This document shows, piece after piece, positions 28,844 to 39,244 of a stretch of 64,000 nucleotides of DNA; positions within the stretch are counted from its first letter, which is position 1; the number at the start of each line of letters is the position of its first letter. The stretch is from the NCBI GenBank assembly GCA_016931955.1, contig JAFGDV010000012.1:50255-114254 (forward strand), read 5' to 3'. The notes below the pieces were generated by a model. It did no database searches. It worked only from the letters and a program-made list of their open reading frames with translations, and had not been told where the DNA came from. Both the position numbers and the translations under genes were made by a program. This DNA comes from Candidatus Altiarchaeota archaeon. GTDB lineage: Archaea; Altiarchaeota; Altiarchaeia; IMC4; QMZM01.

Positions 28844-29761
28844 TCAATAGACAATCCTAGAGGATTCAACCGATTCAGGCTTCACGGTTATCTGTTTAGG
28901 GGATACAAGACTCCGCCAGAGAAGGATCTCAGAAAACAGGCGGACTGGGAGGATCAGGAGATAGGAGATGGCTGGGCCGACGATGAATGCCAGACAGCAG
29001 GTGAAAAATGCCAGGACTGCAAGCACCAAGCTGATGAGGAGCCATATAAGATGGAAGACGAAGACCTTACCGGCATTGTTCTTGACTATCTCCACCGAAT
29101 TCCTGACGGCATCCATAAGGCCCCTATTCGATAAAACAAGTTCGATGCGGACGAAGGTGAATAGCAGGACAAGGACCGTCTCTATTAGGACCACGATAAA
29201 GACACCGACGACGAAGACCAACAGACCCTGCATGATGTTGTCCATAAATACGCGTAACTGCTCCTCTGAGGCTGAAGAGAGCACAGACGCCGTCCCGGGG
29301 ACCCAGAGCAAAAAAAACAACAATATAGGCAGGATGGTGATGATGCCAACAAAAAGCTCGAAGAAGAAGAGCTTCACCGCATTGGAAAACTGAGTCCCTA
29401 GATGGGAGGTCCACTCAGAAACATTCTTCTTCGATGCGGTCTCCTCCAGGGGCTTTATGACTGACAACGTTATGAGGATGACGACGATGCTAGAAAGCCA
29501 GCCCAACGCCGTCCTGACGAAGAAGGAAGGCTTCGTGTACTCGCAGACCATCAGGGATACTAGTGAGGAGAGGAAATCAGCCCCCGAGGGTGTGAACTCG
29601 CATGGCCGCTCCACGAGGTTGAATGCGAAATTCAGGCCCATCGACAGTATGGAAACGAGGAAGATGAAGACAAACAACGCAATAAAGGCAGACAAGACCC
29701 TGTTATAGTTCTCCTTGTAGAGGTTGTATCCTGATTTTATGGCATCGGTTACATCATCCAT
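28844..29761 (-). CDS. Multi-pass membrane protein, hypothetical
   Basis: Several TM segments; start uncertain. Confidence 0.6.
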   Translation of the reverse strand: MDDVTDAIKSGYNLYKENYNRVLSAFIALFVFIFLVSILSMGLNFAFNLVERPCEFTPSGADFLSSLVSLMVCEYTKPSFFVRTALGWLSSIVVILITLSVIKPLEETASKKNVSEWTSHLGTQFSNAVKLFFFELFVGIITILPILLFFLLWVPGTASVLSSASEEQLRVFMDNIMQGLLVFVVGVFIVVLIETVLVLLFTFVRIELVLSNRGLMDAVRNSVEIVKNNAGKVFVFHLIWLLISLVLAVLAFFTCCLAFIVGPAISYLLILPVRLFSEILLWRSLVSPKQITVKPESVESSRIVY

Positions 29762-29792
29762 GTAACTTAATTGTAGACTGGAATATAAATAC

Positions 29793-30956
29793 ATGGACGA
29801 GATAGGCATTGTGGGGATAAACTCGAGGGCGGCGGCAGACAGCGCCCGAAGTCTTGGATTAAAGGTTTATCTGGTAGACTACTTCGACGACGTGGACGTC
29901 AAAGCGGAGAGACGTTATTCACTGCAGAGCGAGCCATTAAAGCCCAACCTCGAGGTAGAGTACACCTCAGACAAGCTGGTGGACGCAGCCATAGAAAAAC
30001 TCGGGGGAGAAGTCAGTTCACTGATAACGACTTCAGACATAGGCTGCAATCCAAGGCTCATAGAAAAACTCGAAAAACACTTCACTGTTCTTGGGAACAA
30101 CTCAGGGCAGGTGAAGAAGGCAAAAAACTGGAGGACGCTGAAGAAGGCCCTGGACGAGGAGGGTATAAGGCATCCGAAGACGGAGACCGCAAGATCTACC
30201 AGAGAAATAGAAAAAAAACTGGGAGAGATTAAGACGCCTGCGGTGGTCAAGGGTGTGGGGATTCAGCCGAGGCTCATAAGGGGTCTGGAAGACATGGAAG
30301 GGCTTAAAGACCTCAGGATAGAGGATGAGGCCCTGATCCAGGAATACATCAAGGGGGTGGAGGTAAGCGCATCGGTCATGGCCGACGCCGAAAAAACGAC
30401 GACGCTCTCAGTTAACAGACAACTGGTGGGGATAGACTGGTTATTCGCCAAAGAGATGGCATACTGCGGGAACATCGTGCCACTGGATTCAATGTATGAC
30501 GAAAAAATAGCGGAAAAATCAGCAGGGATAATAGATAGACTAGGGTTGATAGGTTCGAATGGAGTCGACTACATAATATCAGAGGATGGACTGTACTTCA
30601 TGGAAGTGAACACCAGACTCCAGGACACACTTGAATGCGTCGAAAAATACAGGGGAATAAACATGGTAAGAGAACACCTGAAGGCCTTGGAGGGAAACAC
30701 TGACATACATGGAAAGGCTGGAGGATGCTATGGTAAAGGGATACTGTATGCGAGGGAAAGGCTGAGGGTCGAGGATCTAAGGAGGATAGACGGGGTGAAG
30801 GACATACCACAGAAAGATTCAACCATCAGGATAAACGAGCCCGTATGCAGCATCTACGCCTCGGGGAACACACACGACGAAGTATTGGAAAAACTCAGGG
30901 AGAAAGCCAATCTTTTAGACAAACACTACAAAATAGTTACAGGATGGGGATACTAG
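29793..30956 (+). CDS. ATP-grasp protein of the methanopterin/C1-linked family
   Basis: DYFDDVD, QEYIKG, YCGNIVP, GSNGVD, EVNTR, DIP...EPVCS. Confidence 0.8.
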   Translation: MDEIGIVGINSRAAADSARSLGLKVYLVDYFDDVDVKAERRYSLQSEPLKPNLEVEYTSDKLVDAAIEKLGGEVSSLITTSDIGCNPRLIEKLEKHFTVLGNNSGQVKKAKNWRTLKKALDEEGIRHPKTETARSTREIEKKLGEIKTPAVVKGVGIQPRLIRGLEDMEGLKDLRIEDEALIQEYIKGVEVSASVMADAEKTTTLSVNRQLVGIDWLFAKEMAYCGNIVPLDSMYDEKIAEKSAGIIDRLGLIGSNGVDYIISEDGLYFMEVNTRLQDTLECVEKYRGINMVREHLKALEGNTDIHGKAGGCYGKGILYARERLRVEDLRRIDGVKDIPQKDSTIRINEPVCSIYASGNTHDEVLEKLREKANLLDKHYKIVTGWGY

Positions 30957-31678
30957 AAACAAGGAATCTGGGCATAGAATTCAATGGGAAAAAGATACTG
31001 GATGACGTGAACATCGACCTATGGGAGGGACACGTGCATGCAATAGTAGGCCCCAACGGCGCGGGGAAGTCAACGCTGGCTTACACGATAATGGGGCTTG
31101 GAGGATACAGGAACATCTCAGGGGATATCCTATTCCAGGGAGAGTCGATAAAGGATCTCAGAATAGATGAGAGGGCTAGGAGGGGTATGACGCTCGGATG
31201 GCAGGAGCCCGCCCGCTACGAAGGGCTCTCAATAGAAAAATTCGTCACCGCCGCGGTAGAAGACAAAAGCCACAAAAAGATCAGGGAGGTATTGGGGAAG
31301 GCGGGGTTGAACCCGAACCTCTACCTCAAGAGGGCGGTAGACAGAACCCTGAGCGGAGGCGAGAGGAAGAAGATAGAATTGGCATCGATTCTTGCTTTGA
31401 AACCGAAGCTTGTGATGCTGGACGAACCGGACTCTGGGATAGACGTGGCCTCCCTCAGAAACATATTTGATGCCATAAAGCTACTGAAGGAAAACGGGTC
31501 AACCGTTGTATTGATCACGCACAGCCTGGAGGTATTGAATCAGGCAGAACACGCATTCCTTATGTGTTGTGGAAAGATAGTGGAGCAAGGCAAAATCGAG
31601 AAGATACGGAAATACTTCGAGAAAAAATGCATACCCTGCACCCACGAGAACATACCAGATCTGAACGGTGGAGCCTAG
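30944..31678 (+). CDS. sufC: SufC/SmsC-like ABC ATPase (Fe-S assembly)
   Basis: GPNGAGKS, LSGGERK, LDEPDSG; C-terminal Cys motif. Confidence 0.85.
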   Translation: MGILETRNLGIEFNGKKILDDVNIDLWEGHVHAIVGPNGAGKSTLAYTIMGLGGYRNISGDILFQGESIKDLRIDERARRGMTLGWQEPARYEGLSIEKFVTAAVEDKSHKKIREVLGKAGLNPNLYLKRAVDRTLSGGERKKIELASILALKPKLVMLDEPDSGIDVASLRNIFDAIKLLKENGSTVVLITHSLEVLNQAEHAFLMCCGKIVEQGKIEKIRKYFEKKCIPCTHENIPDLNGGA

Positions 31679-32603
31679 AATGGATGGTGTAGAGGAACTA
31701 TATAGGCTGAGTAAGCTGGACAAGGCCTTAGAGGACCCAAATGTAGGGCACATAGTGATCAATCTGAATAAGATACTCGATAAAAGGCTTATCCCCGGCC
31801 TGGAGATAGATGCACGAGAGCTTGAGGACGGGATCGATGCAAGGATCACGGTCAGAGAAGGCACGGTGATAGAAAAACCCGTGCACCTATGTTTTGGGGT
31901 GACGCATGAAAAAGCAGTCCAGAGGATAAAAACTGAGGTGGAGATACAGGAGAATGCTGAGGTATTGTTTCTGGCACACTGCATCTTTCCCAACGCAGTT
32001 GATGTGACGCATATAATGGATGCGAGGATAACAGTAGGAGAGAACGCGAAATACACCTACCTGGAGAAGCACATACACGGAGAATACGGGGGGACAAAGG
32101 TCTACCCCAAAGCCAGGGTCGAGCTCGGGAAAAACTCAAGATTCAAGACCGAATTCGAGCTATTAAGTGGGAGGGTTGGGCTGATAGAGATAGACTATGA
32201 GACAGTCTGCAGGGAAGAGAGCGTGATGGAGATGACCTCCAAGGTAAGTGGGAGAGGCAACGACATAATAAGGATAAGTGAGGTAGGGCACCTGGTGGGG
32301 GAGCATGCGAGGGGTGTGCTGACCTCCAGGGTGGCGGTAAGGGAGAACGCGAAGGCCGAAGTCCACAATAAACTGAATGCCACAGCAGCCTACGCCAGAG
32401 GCCACGTAGACTGCAAGGAGATCATACAGGACAACGGGATAGCGACCGCTATACCAATAGTGCAGGTAAGCCACCCCAAGGCGCACATAACACACGAGGC
32501 ATCGATAGGGAGCGTGGACACTAAACAGTTGGAGACATTGATGGCAAGGGGCCTCACAGAAGACGAAGCAGTTGAGCTTATAATAGAGGGCCTGTTAAGC
32601 TGA
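31668..32603 (+). CDS. SufB/D-family (SmsB) Fe-S scaffold
   Basis: HLCFG, RGHVDC, THEASIGSV, LMARGL. Confidence 0.9.
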   Translation: MEPRMDGVEELYRLSKLDKALEDPNVGHIVINLNKILDKRLIPGLEIDARELEDGIDARITVREGTVIEKPVHLCFGVTHEKAVQRIKTEVEIQENAEVLFLAHCIFPNAVDVTHIMDARITVGENAKYTYLEKHIHGEYGGTKVYPKARVELGKNSRFKTEFELLSGRVGLIEIDYETVCREESVMEMTSKVSGRGNDIIRISEVGHLVGEHARGVLTSRVAVRENAKAEVHNKLNATAAYARGHVDCKEIIQDNGIATAIPIVQVSHPKAHITHEASIGSVDTKQLETLMARGLTEDEAVELIIEGLLS

Positions 32604-32614
32604 AGAGATCCTGA

Positions 32615-33673
32615 TCAGAGCATGTCCAGCAGGTGAGAGGGTAGCTGTAAGAGGAATCTTGCAGTGAATGTTGGACTGCAGAATAATGAGTGGACTGTTT
32701 TTGAGGCGGAATCCATGTCGCCTCCGTTCTCCAAGAGTTGCTTATGTTCTGATATTAGGGAGAATAAGCGATCCTTGCTATTGTCCGAAAGCCTGGAGAG
32801 GAGGTTATGGATCCAAAGATGAAGGCGAAGCTCCCAGCCGATAGCTGACCTCCAACTGCGCTCATAATCTGGGAGACTGGAAAAACCTGCTGCGATACCG
32901 CCCATGACGATACCCCCACCAGAGGAAGCCTTCACCTGACCTGCGGCATCGCCCACGGTAATGATCCTCCCATAGTCCGTCCTCAGATTGGGCTCATGGA
33001 GGGGTATGACACCATAATTCCGGGCTAATATCCTAGGATCCCTTACCCTGCCAGCCGCAGAAAGCCCCTTCAGGAAGCGGTCCAGGTGAGGGGTTGGATT
33101 CAGCATAGAACAGCAGCCTACGCGAGCATAATCCCTGACAGGAATGACCCATGAAAAAAAACCAGGTACATTGAAGTGCAGTTCCACAACGTCTGGATCA
33201 GATTCCACCTCCAATTCATACTGCACCCCCACGAGGAACCTAGTGGGCTTATCCAAGCCAAGTCTATGCTGGATTTGGTAGTTTGTGCCAGTAGCCAGAA
33301 CCACCCTGTCAGCTTCTATGCTATTGAGATCCCTCACGCCCTCGTTCACGAGAACTGCGCCGGCATCTACTGCCGAATCCAAGAGGAAGCGGTCGAACTT
33401 TCTTCTGTCCAAGACGTAGGCCTTTATCTCTCTACCATCCACGAGAAAGGACTCACCTGAAGGGGAGAAGATCCGGGCAGATGACACGCCGTTGAGTATG
33501 AAATCCTTACTAGGGGATATGTTAAGCCGCTGAAGACCAGACTTGCTCACCAAACCGGCACACTGTACTGGCTGAGTCAGATGCTCCTCGTAGATCTCAA
33601 CACTATGCTCTCTAACACAGCTTAAGGCTGCGAGGCTGCCAGCAGGCCCGCCTCCGATAACAGAGATTTTCAT
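32615..33673 (-). CDS. Geranylgeranyl reductase family flavoprotein
   Basis: GGGPAG, CAGL, DRRKFD, WVIP, GDAAGQVK..GGGI. Confidence 0.85.
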   Translation of the reverse strand: MKISVIGGGPAGSLAALSCVREHSVEIYEEHLTQPVQCAGLVSKSGLQRLNISPSKDFILNGVSSARIFSPSGESFLVDGREIKAYVLDRRKFDRFLLDSAVDAGAVLVNEGVRDLNSIEADRVVLATGTNYQIQHRLGLDKPTRFLVGVQYELEVESDPDVVELHFNVPGFFSWVIPVRDYARVGCCSMLNPTPHLDRFLKGLSAAGRVRDPRILARNYGVIPLHEPNLRTDYGRIITVGDAAGQVKASSGGGIVMGGIAAGFSSLPDYERSWRSAIGWELRLHLWIHNLLSRLSDNSKDRLFSLISEHKQLLENGGDMDSASKTVHSLFCSPTFTARFLLQLPSHLLDML

Positions 33674-34752
33674 TATACCCTGAGGTCGACTATGTCTCCA
33701 GGATTCGGTCCAGTAGAGATGAGGGTGGCTTTTATACCTACTCCATCTTCGATCCCCCTCACATAATCCCTCGCCCTATGGGATAGTTTATGGTATTCTC
33801 TCACGCCATTACATTCAGGGAAGATCTTGTCCAAACAGGTGATGCCGATCTGTGTGGCTCCGTTGACCATTGCAGAATACTTTGCTAGTTCAAGATCGAA
33901 GTCGCCTATGCGTCTCTGTCTCTGGGTCACTGTCCCCTTCTCCCCCAGGTACTTCGCAAGGACATCATTCACGGAAGATCCCTTGATGCCCTTCTTCTCA
34001 GCCGCCCCCAAGACCTCCTGCCAGAGGGGGTATTGGGATATGTTTTCTTCAGTTATCAGGGTATTTTGGGGGCCTTCGCCGACGCGAGTAGTATACGCCT
34101 TATAGATCACAAGCACGTCGTCTACCTTCGTCGGCCCGATGCCTACGTCGACTGCGGCCATGCCCGCTGAGGTGTCCTTTGACGTGACATAGGGGTAGGT
34201 TCCATAGAATAGGGAAAGCCCGAAGCCCTGACTAGCTTCCACGAGAACCTCCTTACCTGAATCAATAGCTGAATTAACCTCCAACGGCACATCAGCCAGG
34301 TACTCCCTCAGTTCGGGAAAGTCCCTGGCAAGCTTTATCGTGCGGTGAGCGCGTTCAGCATTAGCCGGACCGCAGCCGCTCCCTGTGGTGCCGACCTTTG
34401 TGTGCAGGAATTTGTCTCCAGCATCCTCCTCTTTGTGTCTCTGTTCTATGACCGCGCATCTGCTGTCGACGAAGATCCTGCCTTCAGTACCGGTCATCTT
34501 GACCTCCTCCTGGAACCTCTTAGGGTCGACGAGGACGCCGGCTCCTACCAGGAGCCTTGAGGCCTCATTAACGAAGCCGCATGGTATCATCCTCAGACCG
34601 TATTCCCTTCCCTCCCAGTAGACGGTGTGCCCCGCATTCGGTCCAACACCCGCCCGCGCGATTATGTCGGGTCTATCCTTCAAAGCCAGATAGGATATGA
34701 TCTTGCCCTTGCCTTCGTCGCCGAAGTGTCCACCGACAACAATGGTGGTCAT
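33673..34752 (-). CDS. purA: Adenylosuccinate synthetase
   Basis: GDEGKGK, GPNAGHT, GTTGSGCGPA, YPYVTS, TTRVGEGP. Confidence 0.95.
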   Translation of the reverse strand: MTTIVVGGHFGDEGKGKIISYLALKDRPDIIARAGVGPNAGHTVYWEGREYGLRMIPCGFVNEASRLLVGAGVLVDPKRFQEEVKMTGTEGRIFVDSRCAVIEQRHKEEDAGDKFLHTKVGTTGSGCGPANAERAHRTIKLARDFPELREYLADVPLEVNSAIDSGKEVLVEASQGFGLSLFYGTYPYVTSKDTSAGMAAVDVGIGPTKVDDVLVIYKAYTTRVGEGPQNTLITEENISQYPLWQEVLGAAEKKGIKGSSVNDVLAKYLGEKGTVTQRQRRIGDFDLELAKYSAMVNGATQIGITCLDKIFPECNGVREYHKLSHRARDYVRGIEDGVGIKATLISTGPNPGDIVDLRV

Positions 34753-35105
34753 TTTCGTCTCCTGTAGTCGTCTTCCACCCTGACCACGTCATCCAGTTCA
34801 GGGGTGCTGGATTCAAGGATCCTTGAATCCTGGAGGGGGATTATCCTGTGTTTCTCTCCCGGATTTATGGTGATGCATTGACCCATCTTCAAGGTGAATG
34901 CTTCGCCGTTTTCCCTCTCGATCCTGACCTCGCCCGCTATCACGCACATGGTCTCCTTTTTCTTTTCGTGGTAGTGGAGGCTGGACCTACATCCTTTCTT
35001 CATCTCAAGAACCTTTCCAGCATATTCCTTTTCCGCAGCATACCATAGCTCGCTGCCCCATGGTTTCTCAACAATCTTAGCCTTCTCGACCTTCAATTTA
35101 GTCAC
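34749..35105 (-). CDS. Cupin (mannose-6-phosphate isomerase-like)
   Basis: KPWG, SLHYH..K.E, H, E.ST...DVVR..DDY. Confidence 0.8.
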   Translation of the reverse strand: MTKLKVEKAKIVEKPWGSELWYAAEKEYAGKVLEMKKGCRSSLHYHEKKKETMCVIAGEVRIERENGEAFTLKMGQCITINPGEKHRIIPLQDSRILESSTPELDDVVRVEDDYRRRK

Positions 35106-35802
35106 CGCCTTTAAGTACTACTACGTTTGTCGGATACTGAACGCCTAGGGATTCTATCCCGCTGTTGTTTATCCTGAACCTCAGCTTCATCCCCTCCGGG
35201 AGGAATTTATGCTTCCTAAGTATCACCGTCCTGAGGTCTGTTCCCTCCTCCTTGATGAACTCCAAGATGATCTTAGACCAATAGCGTGTCAGGTCCCCGC
35301 CGACGGGCACAATCCTGCCTGAGTCGATGTCGGTGTAGACTTGGTTGGTTATAAGGACAGGTATGTCATGCCTTCTGGCGATCCGCAGAAGCTGAGCTAT
35401 CAGTCTACCCAGTTCCCGGGTATCCTTCTCCTCCTGCAGCCTATACAGTACCGATATGGAGTCGACGATGATGAGGCTGACATCTGAACCCGAGACAATA
35501 TCCGATAGCTTCTTTATGGCAAGCTTCTGTTCGTCGAAGTCAGTGGGCTCGAAGAGCAGCACATTGCTTAGAACGTCCTTGAGTTTTTTTCCGCAAATCT
35601 GCTTCAATCTCTCAGTGGAGAAGCCGCCTTCGCAGTCCATGTATATCACCTTCCCCTTACCGAGAGCGGCCGTTGTCGCCATCAAGGCAAAGTTTGTCTT
35701 CCCCGAAGCCGGCACCCCGTAGATATGCGTTATGGTCTTCGGCTGCAGGCCCCCTCCGAGGAGGACGTCAAAATCCCTTTCTACACTGATCATCTTATGC
35801 AT
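35098..35802 (-). CDS. radB: DNA repair protein RadB
   Basis: LLGGG, G.PASGKT, DCEGGFS.ER, VDSIS, TNQVY, LRKH. Confidence 0.9.
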   Translation of the reverse strand: MHKMISVERDFDVLLGGGLQPKTITHIYGVPASGKTNFALMATTAALGKGKVIYMDCEGGFSTERLKQICGKKLKDVLSNVLLFEPTDFDEQKLAIKKLSDIVSGSDVSLIIVDSISVLYRLQEEKDTRELGRLIAQLLRIARRHDIPVLITNQVYTDIDSGRIVPVGGDLTRYWSKIILEFIKEEGTDLRTVILRKHKFLPEGMKLRFRINNSGIESLGVQYPTNVVVLKGGD

Positions 35803-35820
35803 GAGTTAAGTTATTCTACT

Positions 35821-36927
35821 TCAGGATATAAAATTATTTCCATGCTTTTTGTACATCTCCTTGCACAGCTCCTTCAGCTCCTCCCTATTAGACAATCCCA
35901 TCTTCTCGAAGTATTCGTCGAAGATGCTGTCTTCGTTGAGGTCCAGGATCTTGAGGCTTAACAGCTCGTTCGATGCGGTCGGCATGATCGATACATCAAG
36001 GATGGTGTAGTCAGGATAACGGCTGTCCCAGTCATGGAAGACATCAAAGTAGTCGCCGTCCACCTCAGCAGACAGGGAAACTCGGAGACACTTGCAGTCC
36101 CGGTTTTCTTCTATGATGTCTTCAACCATCTTGTTTATCTCAGATGGCTTCTTCCTCCCAGCGGATTCCCTGACGACCCTCATCGGAGAGGACTCCACTG
36201 GAATGAATTCAGGCCTATCGAAGCGGAAGTTTTCGAAAAAAAGAAAACCGTTTACGTTCATCGACTCGTTGAAGCTTATCCTCTCGGTGCTGCCGATATA
36301 GAATGCCGATGTGGTGTCTGAGACCTCCTCTATGGGCTGGTGCCTGTGAAAATGCCCTGATAGTATGAGGTCGTATTTTTCTGCAACGCCCCTCAACGCC
36401 GCCAGAGAGATCTCATGGGGCTCAAGGTAGTGTTCTATCGCCTGATGGATGCACAGTATGTCGTAGTCGTTGCCTGAGACCTCGGACGAGATCTCCCCAA
36501 GTTTCTCCTCAGCCATCCTCTTGTCTCTGGTGTATTGGAAGCCATGGACACCAACCCTCTTTCCATCGATGTCGAAGACTAGGTGAGGGCTTTCAGAGGT
36601 CAACACATGTATGTTTTCGTGTATATCAGAGAGTATCGGGGTATAGCTGCTGCCTATGTAGGTCTCTATCTCATGGTTCCCGATACACAGGATACAGGGT
36701 GTTGAATCAGCCACCTCCATCAGCCTTCTGACTGCAACCTGCATGCTCTTCGGATCGGGTCTCGTGTGATGGAAAAGGTCCCCGCCGAAGATGAACAATG
36801 AGGGATCACGGGCTAATGCCTTATCCAGTGCCTCATTGAAGGCCTTCTCGTAGTCTTTGAGCCTCTGCTTCTTCAGCCTGTGCCTGAAACCCAGGTGGCA
36901 GTCGCTGATGCAGCAAATGGATGCCAT
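35821..36927 (-). CDS. mre11: Mre11/SbcD-family metallophosphoesterase nuclease
   Basis: DCHLG, GDLFH, GNHE, GHFH, GSTER.SF.E. Confidence 0.85.
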   Translation of the reverse strand: MASICCISDCHLGFRHRLKKQRLKDYEKAFNEALDKALARDPSLFIFGGDLFHHTRPDPKSMQVAVRRLMEVADSTPCILCIGNHEIETYIGSSYTPILSDIHENIHVLTSESPHLVFDIDGKRVGVHGFQYTRDKRMAEEKLGEISSEVSGNDYDILCIHQAIEHYLEPHEISLAALRGVAEKYDLILSGHFHRHQPIEEVSDTTSAFYIGSTERISFNESMNVNGFLFFENFRFDRPEFIPVESSPMRVVRESAGRKKPSEINKMVEDIIEENRDCKCLRVSLSAEVDGDYFDVFHDWDSRYPDYTILDVSIMPTASNELLSLKILDLNEDSIFDEYFEKMGLSNREELKELCKEMYKKHGNNFIS

Positions 36928-36971
36928 AAAATCCTCCCTATATACGCCTATGACTAATATAATTAAGGATT

Positions 36972-37490
36972 ATGATGGCATTAAACTACAGCGAGCTCCA
37001 GGGCATATACAGGTCGGAGAAGACGTCAGCTGCCCTGCATAAGGTCCCTAACAACTTCTATTCAGAGCTATCCGAGCTACTCTCCAAGGTAGACCCCGAA
37101 TACAGGGAATCAACATCGAAGCTCGCAGAAGAGATATACCTGATGAGGATAGGCAAGATCATGAGACTGGTATTGAGGAGGGGAGATGCCACCCCTCCGA
37201 TGAACATGACACCACCCGAAAAGGAGGTATATGGAGAATTCACTTCCACCCTATCAAGGCACAGGGAAAGAATCCTGGGCATAGGGGGTAGGGAGGAAAA
37301 AACTGAAGAGAAGAGGGAGGTGGAAGACTACGACAAGGTCGCTGTTAGGATTATTGCATCAATACCAGCCATAATCGGCTCAGACATGAAACACTACGGG
37401 CCCTTCAGAGAGGATGAGGAGGTGAAACTCCCAAAGGCCACAGCAAGGATCCTTGTAGGGCAGGGTGTTGCGGAGGAGGTCTCAGGGTAG
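36972..37490 (+). CDS. GINS51-like replication factor
   Basis: R.EK, NFY, R.GKI, NMTPPEK; B-domain YGPF...LP...A..L...G. Confidence 0.75.
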   Translation: MMALNYSELQGIYRSEKTSAALHKVPNNFYSELSELLSKVDPEYRESTSKLAEEIYLMRIGKIMRLVLRRGDATPPMNMTPPEKEVYGEFTSTLSRHRERILGIGGREEKTEEKREVEDYDKVAVRIIASIPAIIGSDMKHYGPFREDEEVKLPKATARILVGQGVAEEVSG

Positions 37491-38261
37491 TTTACTGTCT
37501 GCGATCCCCCTCACCAGATCCGTCTTCGTTAGGACCCCAAATTCCTTGGTTATCACGGGTAAACCTGATATCCTCTTCTCAAGCATCAAGGTCGCTGCCT
37601 CTCCGACCGTTGTTTCAGGCGTTACCGTTACGGGATTGCGGGTCATAAGATGCTCCACCCTCAGGCCCTTTATGTCCTGGTGAGTGCCTTTATCAAGCGC
37701 CTTCCTGAAGGTCTTAAAGCCCCTCGCTATATCCCTCTCCGTCAGTATCCCAACCAACATGCCCTTATCCGTCACCAATAGACGGTGTATTCCATGCTCC
37801 AGCATCAGCTTTCTAGCGGATACTATGGTATCCGCTGGATTCACCAGCACCGGCTTCTTTGTATAGAAATCCCCCACAATCTTGTCTGAATAGAGGAGTT
37901 TTATCACCAGATCGGTCTTCGTTATCAAGCCCACGATTTCTTCGTCCTCCACCACGGGAAGGGAAGAAAAACCGTATTCGAGCATGATCCTCGCAGCGTC
38001 CCTGAAGTCGGCCTTCAGGGGGATGACCACCAGGTCTTTAGTCATCGCTGCTGAAACGTGTATCTGCGTGGACTTGAGTTTCCTCTCCCTGCCTGTTGCA
38101 AGCCTGTTGGCTATGTCTTCCTCGGCCAGTATGCCCACAACAAATCCTTCATCGGTCACCAGAAGCCTTGAGACATGGTTTTTCTCCATCAATGCGAGCG
38201 CATGGCTCAGGTTCTGGTCCTTGTCTATCTTAACCGGCGCCCTCTGCACTATAGTCTCCAT
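37482..38261 (-). CDS. Protein with four CBS domains
   Basis: Repeated LPV..../GI.T..D CBS motifs. Confidence 0.9.
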   Translation of the reverse strand: METIVQRAPVKIDKDQNLSHALALMEKNHVSRLLVTDEGFVVGILAEEDIANRLATGRERKLKSTQIHVSAAMTKDLVVIPLKADFRDAARIMLEYGFSSLPVVEDEEIVGLITKTDLVIKLLYSDKIVGDFYTKKPVLVNPADTIVSARKLMLEHGIHRLLVTDKGMLVGILTERDIARGFKTFRKALDKGTHQDIKGLRVEHLMTRNPVTVTPETTVGEAATLMLEKRISGLPVITKEFGVLTKTDLVRGIADSKLP

Positions 38262-38264
38262 CTT

Positions 38265-39173
38265 TCATCTACCCTCCTTGTCTATGATATATTTCTTAAG
38301 CTCATCGTATCTCTCCTTTATGGTCGATTTTGTGGTTCCGGGAAACCCCTTGATCTTCTGTGGGATGTTCTTGTCCCCCACCGTATGGCCTGCGAGGTAT
38401 ACTGCTGCGGCTGCGACGCTTATCGGGACCTTGCCGGAGATGATAGAAAGGTCAGTGGCCTCTTTAACGATATCTGTCGCCCTGGCGAGCGTCATGCCGG
38501 AGGCGTTGAGTTTTATCGCCAGCCTGGGAACGTATTCTATCGCTCCTGCAGTAGGTATCTTCAAGTCAAAGCCCTGAGCTATCTTCCTGTAGCTTTTCCC
38601 TATGTCCTTCTTCGCTCTCCCCGAGACCTCCTCCAACTCCTCCAGTGTAACAGGAACGTGATGTTGTCTTGTTATTATGTAGATCACTGCAGCGACCATG
38701 CTCTCAATTGACCTGCCCTTGACGAGGCCTTCCGCGGCACATTTTCGGTAGAGGCGGGCGCATTCCTCCTTCATGTTCATCGCTATGTTCAGGTAGGAAC
38801 ACATCCTGTCCAGCTCAGGTAAAGCCACCGAGAGATTCCTCTGGAGAGAGGTGGCCATCCTCGACCTCTTCTGCCATCTACGCAGACGATACCATTTAGC
38901 CTTCTTCTCGACGGGGATAGCTTTCCCCTTTATGTCTCTATCATATTTGTCTATCTCAGTGGTCAAACCCTTAGTGAGCTTCCCATACCTCAGGAGACCC
39001 CCAGTCCTTGACCTCTTGTCCACGTCCTCCCTATCGAACGCCCTCCACTCGGGCCCGAAATCGAATAGCTTCTCTTCTAAGACAAGACCGCAGTTTTTGC
39101 AAAAATTTTCGCCGTGAACGTAATCGCTTACTATTCTATTGCTCCCGCAGTTCGTGCACTTTTTCTCTGGCAT
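38265..39173 (-). CDS. tfb: Transcription initiation factor IIB
   Basis: C..CGS...C..CGLV zinc ribbon, GPEWRAF, RLRRWQ, GRSIES. Confidence 0.9.
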   Translation of the reverse strand: MPEKKCTNCGSNRIVSDYVHGENFCKNCGLVLEEKLFDFGPEWRAFDREDVDKRSRTGGLLRYGKLTKGLTTEIDKYDRDIKGKAIPVEKKAKWYRLRRWQKRSRMATSLQRNLSVALPELDRMCSYLNIAMNMKEECARLYRKCAAEGLVKGRSIESMVAAVIYIITRQHHVPVTLEELEEVSGRAKKDIGKSYRKIAQGFDLKIPTAGAIEYVPRLAIKLNASGMTLARATDIVKEATDLSIISGKVPISVAAAAVYLAGHTVGDKNIPQKIKGFPGTTKSTIKERYDELKKYIIDKEGR

Positions 39174-39244
39174 TTTTTGTGGGATTATGAATTATGAGGG
39201 ATAGTAAAAAAGGTTATATATCATGTAAAACAAAGAAAAAGGGT

